Sequence record: NC_005859.1
Source: Escherichia phage T5
DNA length: 64,000 nt
Strand: one strand, 5' to 3'
Shown here in pieces: positions 28,909-37,301 of the stretch. A program made the translations under genes and the position numbers. A model generated the notes under the pieces. The model was not told the origin of the DNA and did no database searches. It worked only from the letters and a program-made list of their open reading frames with translations. Every line of letters starts with the position of its first letter. Position 1 is the stretch's first letter.

Positions 28909-29160
28909 TCAGCCATTAGAGAGTACAGTACTGGTAGTTGGCAATACTACAGATGAAGCAACAGTGTTTAAATGCTTTCTCCAGTCTAGGTTAAATTGTT
29001 TTCGAAACTCTTCATAAGGTTCTTCTGGATAAAAGCTAAAACCTCCTTTCTCATCATTCAGGATAACAGAGCCGTCAGTTTGTTCATATGCTCGATATGT
29101 TTCTCCAATAATGATAACTCGCTTATCAGTACTTTTATTACGAAACTCAAAAACGTGCAT
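28909..29160 (-). CDS. hypothetical protein
   Basis: 83-aa ORF. Confidence 0.45.
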   Translation of the reverse strand: MHVFEFRNKSTDKRVIIIGETYRAYEQTDGSVILNDEKGGFSFYPEEPYEEFRKQFNLDWRKHLNTVASSVVLPTTSTVLSNG

Positions 29161-29176
29161 AGTGTTTCCTTAAAGT

Positions 29177-29252
29177 TGGAGCGGCTAGAGGGAATCGAAC
29201 CCTACTCAGCGAGGCTTGGAAGGCCTGCGACACAACCCGTGTGCTTAACCGC
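29177..29252 (-). tRNA. tRNA-Gly (anticodon UCC)
   Basis: CCA encoded; anticodon loop CTTCCAA; acceptor stem 7 bp with one GU. Confidence 0.65.
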
Positions 29253-29259
29253 GATTATT

Positions 29260-29337
29260 TGGCAGGGGATATTGGATTTGAACCAATGATCTCGACTTCA
29301 AAGGCCGAAGCTTTAGGCCAAGCTAAGCTAATCCCCA
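29260..29337 (-). tRNA. tRNA-Gln (anticodon UUG)
   Basis: CCA encoded; anticodon loop CTTTGAA; perfect T-stem. Confidence 0.6.
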
Positions 29338-29343
29338 ATTGTT

Positions 29344-29419
29344 TGGCAGAAGGTAGTGGGTTCGAACCACGATCAGTGGTTTCAGAGATCCCAGCCTTAA
29401 CCGACTTGGCTAACCTTCT
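29344..29419 (-). tRNA. tRNA, anticodon arm atypical (possibly Gln-CUG)
   Basis: perfect acceptor stem AGAAGGT/ACCTTCT, D-stem AGCC/GGCT, T-loop TTCGAAC, CCA encoded; only 3/5 pairs in best anticodon stem. Confidence 0.4.
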
Positions 29420-29978
29420 TCTTAATACTTTTTGGATCTTTACCTGTTAAGGATTTATAACGTTTACGTAGTCCGTTATCAGATAATCCTAACTCTTTTG
29501 ATGCTTTAACCCATGAATAGTTTATTACCCAATATTCTATTTGCTCTGCTGTAATATCAGGGCTACTCTTAGGTTTACAATCAAAACAAGTTTTAGATGA
29601 AGAATTTATTTGTTTATTACAGTAAGGGCATTTATTACCACCTATTGTATGTCCTCTTTCAACTGTAGTTTTTATTCTATGATCTTGCTTGGTCATGACT
29701 ACTAGATTATCTAAGGAAAAATTCAATTTATTCCTATCTTTGTGATCCACTTCTAGCTCAGATTCTAGTGAAGGTAAATCTTTAAATACTCTAGCTAGTA
29801 ATCTATGTAATACGATAGAGACATTCTTGCCCTGTTCATAGAATGTTACAAACGGATATCCTGCACTACCTAAATGATGTGTGAGTAATTTATTACTCTT
29901 GGTAGAGTAAACTTCTCCATATGGAGAGATTAAGTATTCGGGATATTCCGGAATTACTTTGAAATTTTCTAATTTCAT
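29397..29978 (-). CDS. HNH homing endonuclease
   Basis: 193 aa; HNH core EVDHKDRNKLNFSLDNLVVMTKQDH plus C-terminal Zn-ribbon/HTH tail; 3' end overlaps adjacent tRNA. Confidence 0.8.
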   Translation of the reverse strand: MKLENFKVIPEYPEYLISPYGEVYSTKSNKLLTHHLGSAGYPFVTFYEQGKNVSIVLHRLLARVFKDLPSLESELEVDHKDRNKLNFSLDNLVVMTKQDHRIKTTVERGHTIGGNKCPYCNKQINSSSKTCFDCKPKSSPDITAEQIEYWVINYSWVKASKELGLSDNGLRKRYKSLTGKDPKSIKKKVSQVG

Positions 29979-29979
29979 C

Positions 29980-30180
29980 TTATTCTACAGGAACCGTGGC
30001 GATTGGCTCAGGTTCTTCAAGGCGCTTACCTTCATGATCTACTCGAATGACTCCGCATCCTTCGCAAACCACAACTGCACCATAACCTTCTTTGACTTCG
30101 GCTTCTGTAATCAGACCAGATAAGTCACCAGTATCTCTGCCCCACATATCAATGGAGCATTGTTTGCAGAAATCAGCCAT
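29980..30180 (-). CDS. zinc-ribbon small protein
   Basis: 66 aa; CxxC...CxxC. Confidence 0.45.
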   Translation of the reverse strand: MADFCKQCSIDMWGRDTGDLSGLITEAEVKEGYGAVVVCEGCGVIRVDHEGKRLEEPEPIATVPVE

Positions 30181-30205
30181 ATTTTATTTCCTATTTAAGT
30201 TAATT

Positions 30206-30282
30206 TGGGGTGGCTAGTGGAATTCGAATCCACATAGGCCTGATTCACAATCAGGATCATTAACCAATTATGATATAGCCAC
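30206..30282 (-). tRNA. tRNA-His (anticodon GUG)
   Basis: CCA encoded; discriminator C; anticodon loop TTGTGAA; perfect anticodon and T stems. Confidence 0.75.
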
Positions 30283-30511
30283 AATTGAAAACTCGCAGGG
30301 TTAGCGAAACCATCCTCAATTAGCATGTTCTAGAATACTAATCAAGTTATCTCCTATTGCACGCAGCTCAAGACGAGTACGAATTTTCAATTGTGGCGGC
30401 TCTCAGAAACTCTTCTATTCTAGCCCCAGAAGCTTACCCCCGAACGCATGTCGGGAAAGTCTTTCCAAGCGCATCAAATAGCACCGTTACACTTTGAGCC
30501 ATTGATATATC

Positions 30512-30596
30512 AAGGAACAGAAGGAGTTGAACCTTCACGAGATAGACCATTTATCTCAACCGCTTTTAAGGTATATTTCTAGGAGCGGATGTTCCT
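30512..30596 (-). ncRNA. tRNA-like structured RNA (non-canonical)
   Basis: perfect acceptor-like helix AGGAACA/TGTTCCT and T-arm GAAGG/TTCAACT/CCTTC, but internal region folds as two hairpins instead of D and anticodon arms; no CCA. Confidence 0.3.
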
Positions 30597-30844
30597 AGTA
30601 AACCTATTCGGCAGTCCCGTCTACCAATTCCGGCATATTCCAAGAATTTTTTATAAACCAGCAGAAGCCTCATTTAAAGCATCAACAATAGCTTCACGCT
30701 GGGTCATTCCATACCCAGTGGAGTCTAGGTGAGGCAAATAGGCTGCCCATCCATTATCTGTTTCATGAAGGCATGCTTTAAATTTTTTACCGTCCTTCAT
30801 TGTTACAGTAACTGTTTTGCTCATAAGGATTCCTTATAGTTAAT

Positions 30845-30934
30845 TGGAGGAAGGTAATGGAGTCGAACCATCACCGTATCACTACAGCGGGCTAGTTTTC
30901 AAGACTAGTTGCGTACCACTACGCCCTACCTTCC
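30845..30934 (-). tRNA. tRNA-Ser (anticodon UGA), class II
   Basis: 90 nt with long variable arm; anticodon stem-loop ACTAG/CTTGAAA/CTAGT; CCA encoded. Confidence 0.65.
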
Positions 30935-30941
30935 ATTTGTT

Positions 30942-31035
30942 TGGCGGAAAAGATGGGAGTTGAACCCATAAGGCAATATTGCTATTACTCAACCGATTTC
31001 CAATCGGGTTTAGTCGCCAGTCTATTTGCTTTTCC
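30942..31035 (-). tRNA. tRNA-Ser (anticodon GGA), class II
   Basis: ~94 nt; anticodon loop TTGGAAA; CCA encoded; 5' end overlaps stop of HNH gene 31022..31606. Confidence 0.55.
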
Positions 31036-31606
31036 GTTGTTCTGTTAATACTTTTGGGCTTAATCCAGTTAGTTTAGTATACCTCCTGCGCAAAGTGGAC
31101 TCTGATACTTCTAACTCTTTAGCTGCCTTAACCCACCCCATTAATAAAACCTTTTCAGTTATGTCGTCTAAAGACAATTCTGGTTTTATCAACCTTCCTG
31201 TAGGTTTTGGCTTACAATTTGTACATGTTACAGATCTCTGAAGCATTAGACTCCCACATAGGGGGCAAGGTACTCTACTGTCAGACCACCCATTATCTTT
31301 ATTAGTTTTCCTCTGATGTTCTATTTTTGATAGGACTTGAAGATTATCTTTAGATAGATTCAGTCTATCTCTATCCTTATGATCTACCTCTAATTCAGGG
31401 TCAAATAGATTATATAAGTCCCCAAATACATGAGAAATAATTCGGTGTATAAGTACAGAGGTTTGTTTACCATTTATCTGTAATTTTACAGCAGGGTATC
31501 CATCAACTATATATCTTGATAAAACTTTATTAGTAAATGTAGAGAACACATCCCCCGCCTCATTTACTAAATACCCTGGTGCATCTTTTATTGGTACAAA
31601 CTGCAT
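31022..31606 (-). CDS. HNH homing endonuclease
   Basis: 194 aa; paralog of 29397..29978 (same HNH core and C-terminal tail); 3' end overlaps tRNA-Ser. Confidence 0.8.
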   Translation of the reverse strand: MQFVPIKDAPGYLVNEAGDVFSTFTNKVLSRYIVDGYPAVKLQINGKQTSVLIHRIISHVFGDLYNLFDPELEVDHKDRDRLNLSKDNLQVLSKIEHQRKTNKDNGWSDSRVPCPLCGSLMLQRSVTCTNCKPKPTGRLIKPELSLDDITEKVLLMGWVKAAKELEVSESTLRRRYTKLTGLSPKVLTEQRKSK

Positions 31607-31623
31607 ACATAAATCCTATGAGT

Positions 31624-31708
31624 TGGTGGGGCTAGGGAGACTCGAACTCCCACGCATTTAAGCTACGGAATCTAAGGCCGTATTGTCTACCAGTTCCAGC
31701 ATAGCCCC
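31624..31708 (-). tRNA. tRNA-Leu (anticodon UAG), class II
   Basis: 85 nt; perfect T-stem; anticodon loop CTTAGAT; CCA encoded. Confidence 0.6.
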
Positions 31709-31713
31709 GAATT

Positions 31714-31789
31714 TGGTGGACAAAGAGGGACTCGAACCCTCCCTACCAGATTGCAAGTCTGGTGTGCTCCCGCTGACACTATTCGCCCA
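31714..31789 (-). tRNA. tRNA-Ala (anticodon UGC)
   Basis: anticodon loop CTTGCAA with perfect stem; acceptor stem carries the G3:U70 Ala identity pair; CCA encoded. Confidence 0.75.
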
Positions 31790-32026
31790 AATTATTTAGT
31801 TTACTAAGGCTATTAGCTCGGCGTAACTACAGCACCTTCGCTTCAAGCGGAAGGAACCGCGTCATCTCGCAAACCCAATACACTATTCAGTTGCCGCTGA
31901 ATCTAGTGGACTAATCTAGAACTTCTCCCAAATCGTAGGGATCGTGCTTTTTGGCAGCCAGTCCTAGGTCGAGCTAATACCTTAGTGAACTATGATGGGG
32001 ATTTCTCCTCATCAATTTATATAAAT

Positions 32027-32055
32027 ATTATAACAAGAAATTAAGCATTAAGCAA
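32027..32055 (-). promoter_or_regulatory. T5-type early promoter
   Basis: minus-strand TTGCTT-N17-TATAAT; no ORF for ~230 nt downstream (31800-32020). Confidence 0.65.
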
Positions 32056-32080
32056 CTGCGTTTTTGAAATTTCTTGGACT

Positions 32081-32154
32081 TGGTACTCGGTGATAGAATC
32101 GAACTATCACAACCGCCGTGTAAAGGCGGGGTTCTCCCATTATACTAACCGAGC
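32081..32154 (-). tRNA. tRNA-Val (anticodon UAC)
   Basis: anticodon stem-loop CCGCC/TTTACAC/GGCGG perfect; CCA encoded. Confidence 0.7.
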
Positions 32155-32161
32155 AAAAATT

Positions 32162-32239
32162 TGGTGGGTTGCACAGGACTCGAACCTGTAACCTATGGTT
32201 TAAAAGACCAGTGCTCTAAACCAGTTGAGCTAGCAACCC
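32162..32239 (-). tRNA. tRNA-Lys (anticodon UUU)
   Basis: anticodon loop CTTTTAA; perfect acceptor and T stems; CCA encoded. Confidence 0.65.
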
Positions 32240-32427
32240 TTAGTAACCATTATATACTTCTTTAATAGTATGGACTTTCAAATAAAGGTGATTAGTACTA
32301 AACTCCGCCATTACTTCTTTTTCATTTTTTCCATAATGTGCAAGTAAGGATTTTGATGTATTCTTACCTAAACGTTTGTCACTTACTACTAATCGAAATA
32401 CTTTCATTTCGAAATCCTCTATTAAAA

Positions 32428-32505
32428 TGGAAGCGGGTGCAGGAATCGAACCTACCTCTTTCTAGCTTATGAGACTAGCGATCTCTACCAGAGATCTAAC
32501 CCGCA
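32428..32505 (-). tRNA. tRNA-Met (anticodon CAU)
   Basis: anticodon loop CTCATAA; 1:72 position unpaired (U/U); CCA encoded. Confidence 0.6.
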
Positions 32506-32511
32506 ATTGTT

Positions 32512-32588
32512 TGGTCTCCAATGAAGGACTCGAACCTTCAACCCCACCGCCCCAAACGGTGTACTCTAGCCAATTGAGCTAATCGGAG
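32512..32588 (-). tRNA. tRNA-Pro (anticodon UGG)
   Basis: anticodon stem-loop CACCG/TTTGGGG/CGGTG perfect; G37; CCA encoded. Confidence 0.7.
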
Positions 32589-32783
32589 AAAATTATTTCT
32601 TCAGCCACAACATGCTTAATCCTAGCATTGTAAAGCCTGTACTTAATCCTATTACCTTTTCTATCATAGAAAAGTTATCTATGTTAAATCCTACTATTAC
32701 TATAGGGATAACCCAAGTACACATGAATACTGATGCAATTTTATACTTCACTTAGCTTTCCTTCTCTTCACTTTATAAGATAT

Positions 32784-32812
32784 ATTATACAGAGAATTAA
32801 GCATAATAGCAA
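32784..32812 (-). promoter_or_regulatory. T5-type early promoter
   Basis: minus-strand TTGCTA-N17-TATAAT. Confidence 0.65.
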
Positions 32813-33204
32813 CTACATTTTTCATAAATTTACTTATTGTGTAGGCCACCTGGAGGCTACCAACCCCACGGCTGACAAAGAAGTTTGCGAGACTTCTCTT
32901 AAAAGCCAGAATAGACCCGCCGATCTATCGGAACCTACATAATAAGTAAACTTTATAGTGTCATCCTAGACAGGATTCGAACCTGCTATCACTTGTGCGG
33001 ACTTACGAGAACCATTCTTTCACTCGAATCGAACGAGCTTCTGCCCTCGCCAAGTTGGTTTCCCCATCAACCACGCTAGAATGTTAGATTGTTTTCAGTG
33101 CAAGAGTCCGAGTCTTGGACACGACCGCTTCGCAAGTACATAGGCAGCTTATCATGAGTCAGCACTTCCGAATTGCTAGCTCCGTGTTCTGCACTGAAAT
33201 TTTA

Positions 33205-33552
33205 TTAGTTTAACCGTAAAGTATTATCTACTTCACCATTAATTGTTCGGCACTCCTCTGGGATTGCCGGAGTGGCCTTGTATTCCCACCACTCAGCACC
33301 ATCATATTCCCCACGTTCTAGCCAAGTTCCGTCGGCAAACCATACATTACCATAAAGTAATTGTCCACCGTATCCAGAATCATATTCAAAGTCTAGGTTA
33401 TCAAGAAAATCCTCAATATCTTCTTCTGTATAACCTAAAGGTAATACCCAAACTTTTTTATCCCCATAATACCCGAATTCTATTTTAATACACTTAACTT
33501 CAGAATTAGTATTTTTTAAGGCAAGTAACAGCTCTTCTTTGGCATTACGCAT
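33205..33552 (-). CDS. hypothetical acidic protein
   Basis: ORF-track start 33639 lies inside tRNA-Asp; internal ATG at 33552 (MRNAKE) used. Confidence 0.45.
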   Translation of the reverse strand: MRNAKEELLLALKNTNSEVKCIKIEFGYYGDKKVWVLPLGYTEEDIEDFLDNLDFEYDSGYGGQLLYGNVWFADGTWLERGEYDGAEWWEYKATPAIPEECRTINGEVDNTLRLN

Positions 33553-33577
33553 AGTATATTCCCATACTGAATTAATT

Positions 33578-33654
33578 TGGCGCGACCGATGGGATTTGAA
33601 CCCACATTCTCTCCCGTGACAGGGGAGTACCATTACCAAGCCAGCCCCGGTCGC
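33578..33654 (-). tRNA. tRNA-Asp (anticodon GUC)
   Basis: anticodon stem-loop CTCCC/CTGTCAC/GGGAG perfect; perfect acceptor stem; CCA encoded. Confidence 0.75.
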
Positions 33655-33663
33655 ATAATTTAT

Positions 33664-33849
33664 TTACTCAGCTTTGAGTTTTTCAATAGCTGCATTAAGT
33701 TCTTTAAGAAACTCTTTTCGTACATTAAGACGATTGAGACTTACTAGTATATCATGTTTAAGCTCTTCGATGTATTTCTTCTCAACTTCAATATTGTTGA
33801 TAGTGCTATCACGATGAACTTCTAGCTGCGCAATCACATTCTTGGACAT
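33664..33849 (-). CDS. small coiled-coil protein
   Basis: 61-aa ORF. Confidence 0.4.
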   Translation of the reverse strand: MSKNVIAQLEVHRDSTINNIEVEKKYIEELKHDILVSLNRLNVRKEFLKELNAAIEKLKAE

Positions 33850-33951
33850 GCTTGTTTCCTCAGTTATTAATGAAAATGGTATCTGTGGCTGAATTCGATG
33901 TCAGCAATGATAGCTGGTTGGCTACCGGTTTACTTAACTCTACACAGAATT

Positions 33952-34029
33952 TGGCGGTTCCTGCTGGATTCGAACCAGCAACCCTCAACTTAACAAGATG
34001 CCGCTCTAACCAATTAGAGCTAAGGAACC
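33952..34029 (-). tRNA. tRNA-Asn (anticodon GUU)
   Basis: canonical loop TTGTTAA but anticodon stem has two mismatches; perfect acceptor and T stems; CCA encoded. Confidence 0.5.
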
Positions 34030-34524
34030 ATATAAGTCAGAACTAGAGTTAATACGTTCTAGATATTTACTAAGATCTCTAGAATTTATACTAAACCACT
34101 CATGTTCTTTTAAATCTTTGAAATACTGGTGAATTAGTTTTTCACCTTTTCGTTTGTCAAACCAAAAAGACCAATGCTCTAACTTATAATCCCTATAAGG
34201 GGAATAAGTCTGATATTGAGCTAATCTCTCCTTTGGATTTTGACTCATACCTATTTTATACTGATTTTTCCATGCAGGATTACTAATACAGTATACAAAA
34301 CCTTCAGAAATAGGAAGTTTATTTTCCTGCTTAAACTTTATAAAGGAAAGTGCAGCAAGTTTTCTCGAATACATAGTATTTGTATTCTTTTTGGTATTAC
34401 CATTGGTTCCTGAAAGATTTATATATACTTCCATAAATCTTTGGATTAGTTCTGCGGTTATATAGAAGGGCTCATTAGTAACAACGCCTTTCTTTACCAA
34501 ACTATCAAAAACTTTTGTATGCAC
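34006..34524 (-). CDS. T5orf172-domain protein (GIY-YIG-related)
   Basis: 172 aa; YCISNPAW..YKIGMS..P..R pattern recognised from memory as the T5orf172 domain; 3' end overlaps tRNA-Asn. Confidence 0.7.
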   Translation of the reverse strand: MHTKVFDSLVKKGVVTNEPFYITAELIQRFMEVYINLSGTNGNTKKNTNTMYSRKLAALSFIKFKQENKLPISEGFVYCISNPAWKNQYKIGMSQNPKERLAQYQTYSPYRDYKLEHWSFWFDKRKGEKLIHQYFKDLKEHEWFSINSRDLSKYLERINSSSDLYGSLALIG

Positions 34525-34545
34525 TACTTCTTTCCTTTAGTAATT

Positions 34546-34621
34546 TGGACGACCGCATGAGATTTGAACTCACATAAAAAGGATTTGCAATCCTTCGCCT
34601 AAGCCATTCAGCCAACGGTCG
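34546..34621 (-). tRNA. tRNA-Cys (anticodon GCA)
   Basis: anticodon stem-loop AAGGA/TTGCAAA/TCCTT perfect; CCA encoded. Confidence 0.7.
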
Positions 34622-34784
34622 ATTTATTATCTTTCATAATATGTAGCTACATGGTCGGAACCACAATTACCACACACTTTCTTACCTGTTTTAGAGTAGT
34701 AATCTTGATCACCACATTCATAACAGATACATAATTCTTTTTCTTGTTCTGTCATATTGCTTCTCCAGTTCAATTTATGTAATT

Positions 34785-34813
34785 ATTATATAGAACTTTT
34801 GGAAACTAAGCAA
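34785..34813 (-). promoter_or_regulatory. T5-type early promoter
   Basis: minus-strand TTGCTT-N17-TATAAT. Confidence 0.65.
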
Positions 34814-35093
34814 CTACATTTTTTAAGAATTTGATGCCTTTCTTTTTCTTCTTATATTTCCACGTTAATGGATTCTGTCGATTATAAACGCTTGAGATCT
34901 TTGTCTCGTCAAAGTTCTTCAATATCATGTAATCACAGGATAATTGTTCTAGTGGAATGTGGTCACCGCCAAAAGCGTATATATAAGGCCGTTGACTAAC
35001 ACGATAATGATAGACTTTGTTAATTCTACGTTTCAGCGATTTATCCGCACAGTAAATAAAGAAGTTTTCAGGATGCATCAGCATCTCCTTCAA
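34806..35093 (-). CDS. hypothetical protein
   Basis: 95-aa ORF. Confidence 0.45.
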   Translation of the reverse strand: MKEMLMHPENFFIYCADKSLKRRINKVYHYRVSQRPYIYAFGGDHIPLEQLSCDYMILKNFDETKISSVYNRQNPLTWKYKKKKKGIKFLKNVVA

Positions 35094-35095
35094 TT

Positions 35096-35170
35096 TGGTG
35101 CACCCTGTTCGAATTGAACGAACCTCTCAAGCTCTTCAGGCAAGCGCTAATCCATCTCAGCTAAAGGTGC
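35096..35170 (-). tRNA. tRNA-Phe (anticodon GAA)
   Basis: perfect T-stem and D-stem; anticodon loop CTGAAGA; anticodon stem has two U:U mismatches; CCA encoded. Confidence 0.5.
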
Positions 35171-35256
35171 AAATTTTGGCAGAGGTAAAGGTATTCGAAA
35201 CCTTTTCATGGGTTTTGGAGGCCCATTTGCAACCTATGCGTACCCCAATTGTTAAT

Positions 35257-35333
35257 TGGCGTCCTGTGTGGGGATCGAACCCGCAAACCCTACCTTGAAA
35301 GGGTAGTGACTTTACCAGTTTGTCTAACAGGAC
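35257..35333 (-). tRNA. tRNA-Glu (anticodon UUC)
   Basis: anticodon stem-loop CTACC/CTTTCAA/GGTAG perfect; perfect acceptor stem; CCA encoded. Confidence 0.75.
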
Positions 35334-35339
35334 TTAAAT

Positions 35340-35427
35340 TGGTAGGGGAGGATGGAGTCGAACCACCCGAGTCGCAATGACAACTAATTTACAGTCAGCT
35401 CTGCTACCACTTACAGAATACTCCCCC
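35340..35427 (-). tRNA. tRNA-Tyr (anticodon GUA), class II
   Basis: 88 nt; anticodon arm GCTGA/CTGTAAA/TTAGT; long variable arm; CCA encoded. Confidence 0.55.
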
Positions 35428-35551
35428 ATATTTGAATGAAAAGTAAGTCGGTTAAACTCAAGGTGGAATATTTCAGGATTTCCTGACTTTACCCCTCAAA
35501 GTAACTCGCTTAGTTACTTCTCATTCAGATATGTTTCCAAATTAGATAACT

Positions 35552-35580
35552 ATTATACCAAGTTTTAAGGCACTGAGCAA
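35552..35580 (-). promoter_or_regulatory. sigma70 promoter
   Basis: minus-strand TTGCTC-N17-TATAAT upstream of tRNA-Tyr/Glu/Phe group. Confidence 0.55.
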
Positions 35581-35616
35581 GTCAAATTTTGAAGAACTTG
35601 CTCAGTGCTGTATTAG

Positions 35617-35892
35617 TTAGTCGAACTTAGGAGTGACAGATAAGGAGAACGGAAGTTCAAAAACTTCTTCACCCTCATTACTAACAGTAACTACACGACC
35701 TTTAAGTTCAGACATTGAAATATCAATATCAGCTTTTGCATCTGGAGCCATGCCAGCTTCAACACATTTAGCTTTAACTTCCGGCAAGAGTTCTACATCG
35801 TAGAAATAAAGCCATTCAATCTCACCTTCCCAGCCTTCCCAGGATTTACAGATTGCACTTTCAATACCAGTTGCTACAACACTATTTTGCAT
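35617..35892 (-). CDS. hypothetical protein
   Basis: 91-aa ORF downstream of canonical promoter. Confidence 0.45.
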   Translation of the reverse strand: MQNSVVATGIESAICKSWEGWEGEIEWLYFYDVELLPEVKAKCVEAGMAPDAKADIDISMSELKGRVVTVSNEGEEVFELPFSLSVTPKFD

Positions 35893-35982
35893 TCGTTAAC
35901 TCCTTCATCAATTTATACAACTATTATATCAGAAATTTAAAGCAAAAGGCAAGTACATTTTTAAAAATTCTATTCGGAGGAG

Positions 35983-36189
35983 CTAAACTCCAGATTCTTC
36001 TGCCAAGTCTAGGCTAATAAGAGTTATAGCCATAATTGCTGCACCGTGTTCTTTTTCTCCGGTGTTTTTAGCAGAGTCTATAATATCCTTAATCTGTTCG
36101 TAATAACTTTTTACTTCTTGTTCAATGCCTGCCTCGGCTATCATGCCTTTAGCCATGAATCGTTGCATGGTAATTTCAGGATTAGCCAT
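35983..36189 (-). CDS. hypothetical protein
   Basis: 68-aa ORF. Confidence 0.4.
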   Translation of the reverse strand: MANPEITMQRFMAKGMIAEAGIEQEVKSYYEQIKDIIDSAKNTGEKEHGAAIMAITLISLDLAEESGV

Positions 36190-36378
36190 GTTGTTTCTCC
36201 AGTTTCATTTTTAATAGTTTACAGATGAAATCAACGTCTTCATCCGTGCCTAAGTCTCTATCCTCAAGGGTCGCCTTGAAGTTTTTCGTCAATTCCATGA
36301 GGATGACTTCCCTAGAACGACGTGTTGGGGGCGGAGGAGGTCTATACATCTTAATTCCTTAATTTGGTAGGAACTATA

Positions 36379-37062
36379 TCATCTATTTTTCTTAATACTT
36401 TTAGGATCTTTCCCCGTCAGGGACTTATACCTTTTCCTTAATCCAGTATCAGACAATCCTAGTTCTTTAGAGGCACGAATCCAGGAATATTTAGATACCC
36501 AGTACTCTATTTGCTCCACAGTAATATCTGGATTTATAGTTATCCCTTTAGGAGTACATGATTTACAGTGTGTTGCTCTTGAGCTAATTTCGCAGTGACA
36601 AATAGCACACGTATTTACAGTCCTTTCTGTATACCTGCCAATATTTTTGCCTGCATGAGTAGGCGTTAGTGCATGGCAATTTGGACATAGGAGGGCTAAG
36701 TTATCCCATTCATTATTATAGTGGTTTCCATCCTTGTGTTCGAGTTCTAAAGGAATTGGTTTGTCTAACCAACTTTCTAAGCCGCAACTCTCACACTTAT
36801 GTGGTTTTAGCCCCTCGTTAAGAATTTTATTCTTTAGTTTATAGGAAGAAATAGGGCTGCCGTTATATAAATATTCTGTTGCAGACTTATATTTATTATC
36901 ATACTGCCTATTCGTAGGAATAACTACTATTCCTAGTTTTCCTAAATATGCTTCCAAAGTGTTCGAGGAGCAGGATAGCATTCTTGCTATCTCTGCCTTA
37001 GATTTTCCCTGAGCTATCCACTGAGCTATTTCTTCCTTTCTATCTAGTATATCAGTTCTCAT
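36379..37062 (-). CDS. HNH endonuclease with N-terminal HTH
   Basis: 227 aa; LELEHKDGNHYNNEWDNLALLCPNCH HNH core, extra Cys clusters, C-terminal tail shared with other HNH paralogs. Confidence 0.75.
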   Translation of the reverse strand: MRTDILDRKEEIAQWIAQGKSKAEIARMLSCSSNTLEAYLGKLGIVVIPTNRQYDNKYKSATEYLYNGSPISSYKLKNKILNEGLKPHKCESCGLESWLDKPIPLELEHKDGNHYNNEWDNLALLCPNCHALTPTHAGKNIGRYTERTVNTCAICHCEISSRATHCKSCTPKGITINPDITVEQIEYWVSKYSWIRASKELGLSDTGLRKRYKSLTGKDPKSIKKNR

Positions 37063-37085
37063 AATTTATGACTTTCTACTTAAGT

Positions 37086-37163
37086 TGGTGGCTCCCCGAG
37101 GATTCGAACCTACGTACCTTCCAGTTATGAGCTGGGTGCTCATACCATATGAGCTTGAGAACC
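37086..37163 (-). tRNA. tRNA-Met (anticodon CAU), second copy
   Basis: anticodon loop CTCATAA; D-stem GCTC/GAGC; acceptor stem with two GU pairs; weak T-stem; CCA encoded. Confidence 0.55.
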
Positions 37164-37169
37164 AGAATT

Positions 37170-37258
37170 TGGCGGAAGAAGTGGGAATCGAACCCACAAG
37201 GCTATATTTCAAACCGACAGATTAGCAATCTGCTGCAATACCGTTATGCTATTCTTCC
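37170..37258 (-). tRNA. tRNA-Ser (anticodon GCU), class II
   Basis: 89 nt; perfect acceptor and T stems; anticodon loop TTGCTAA; CCA encoded. Confidence 0.65.
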
Positions 37259-37272
37259 GAATTTATAAATAT

Positions 37273-37301
37273 ATTATATTAGAAATTTAGCTTCATAGCA
37301 A
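37273..37301 (-). promoter_or_regulatory. T5-type early promoter
   Basis: minus-strand TTGCTA-N17-TATAAT upstream of tRNA-Ser/Met pair. Confidence 0.65.

Noticed and set aside
32940-33200. Additional tRNA genes in this 260-bp gap
   Set aside because: T-loop-like GGATTCGAACC and TCGAATCGAAC motifs occur, but no complementary acceptor 5' strand or anticodon stem-loop could be found; possibly tRNA remnants, not callable.
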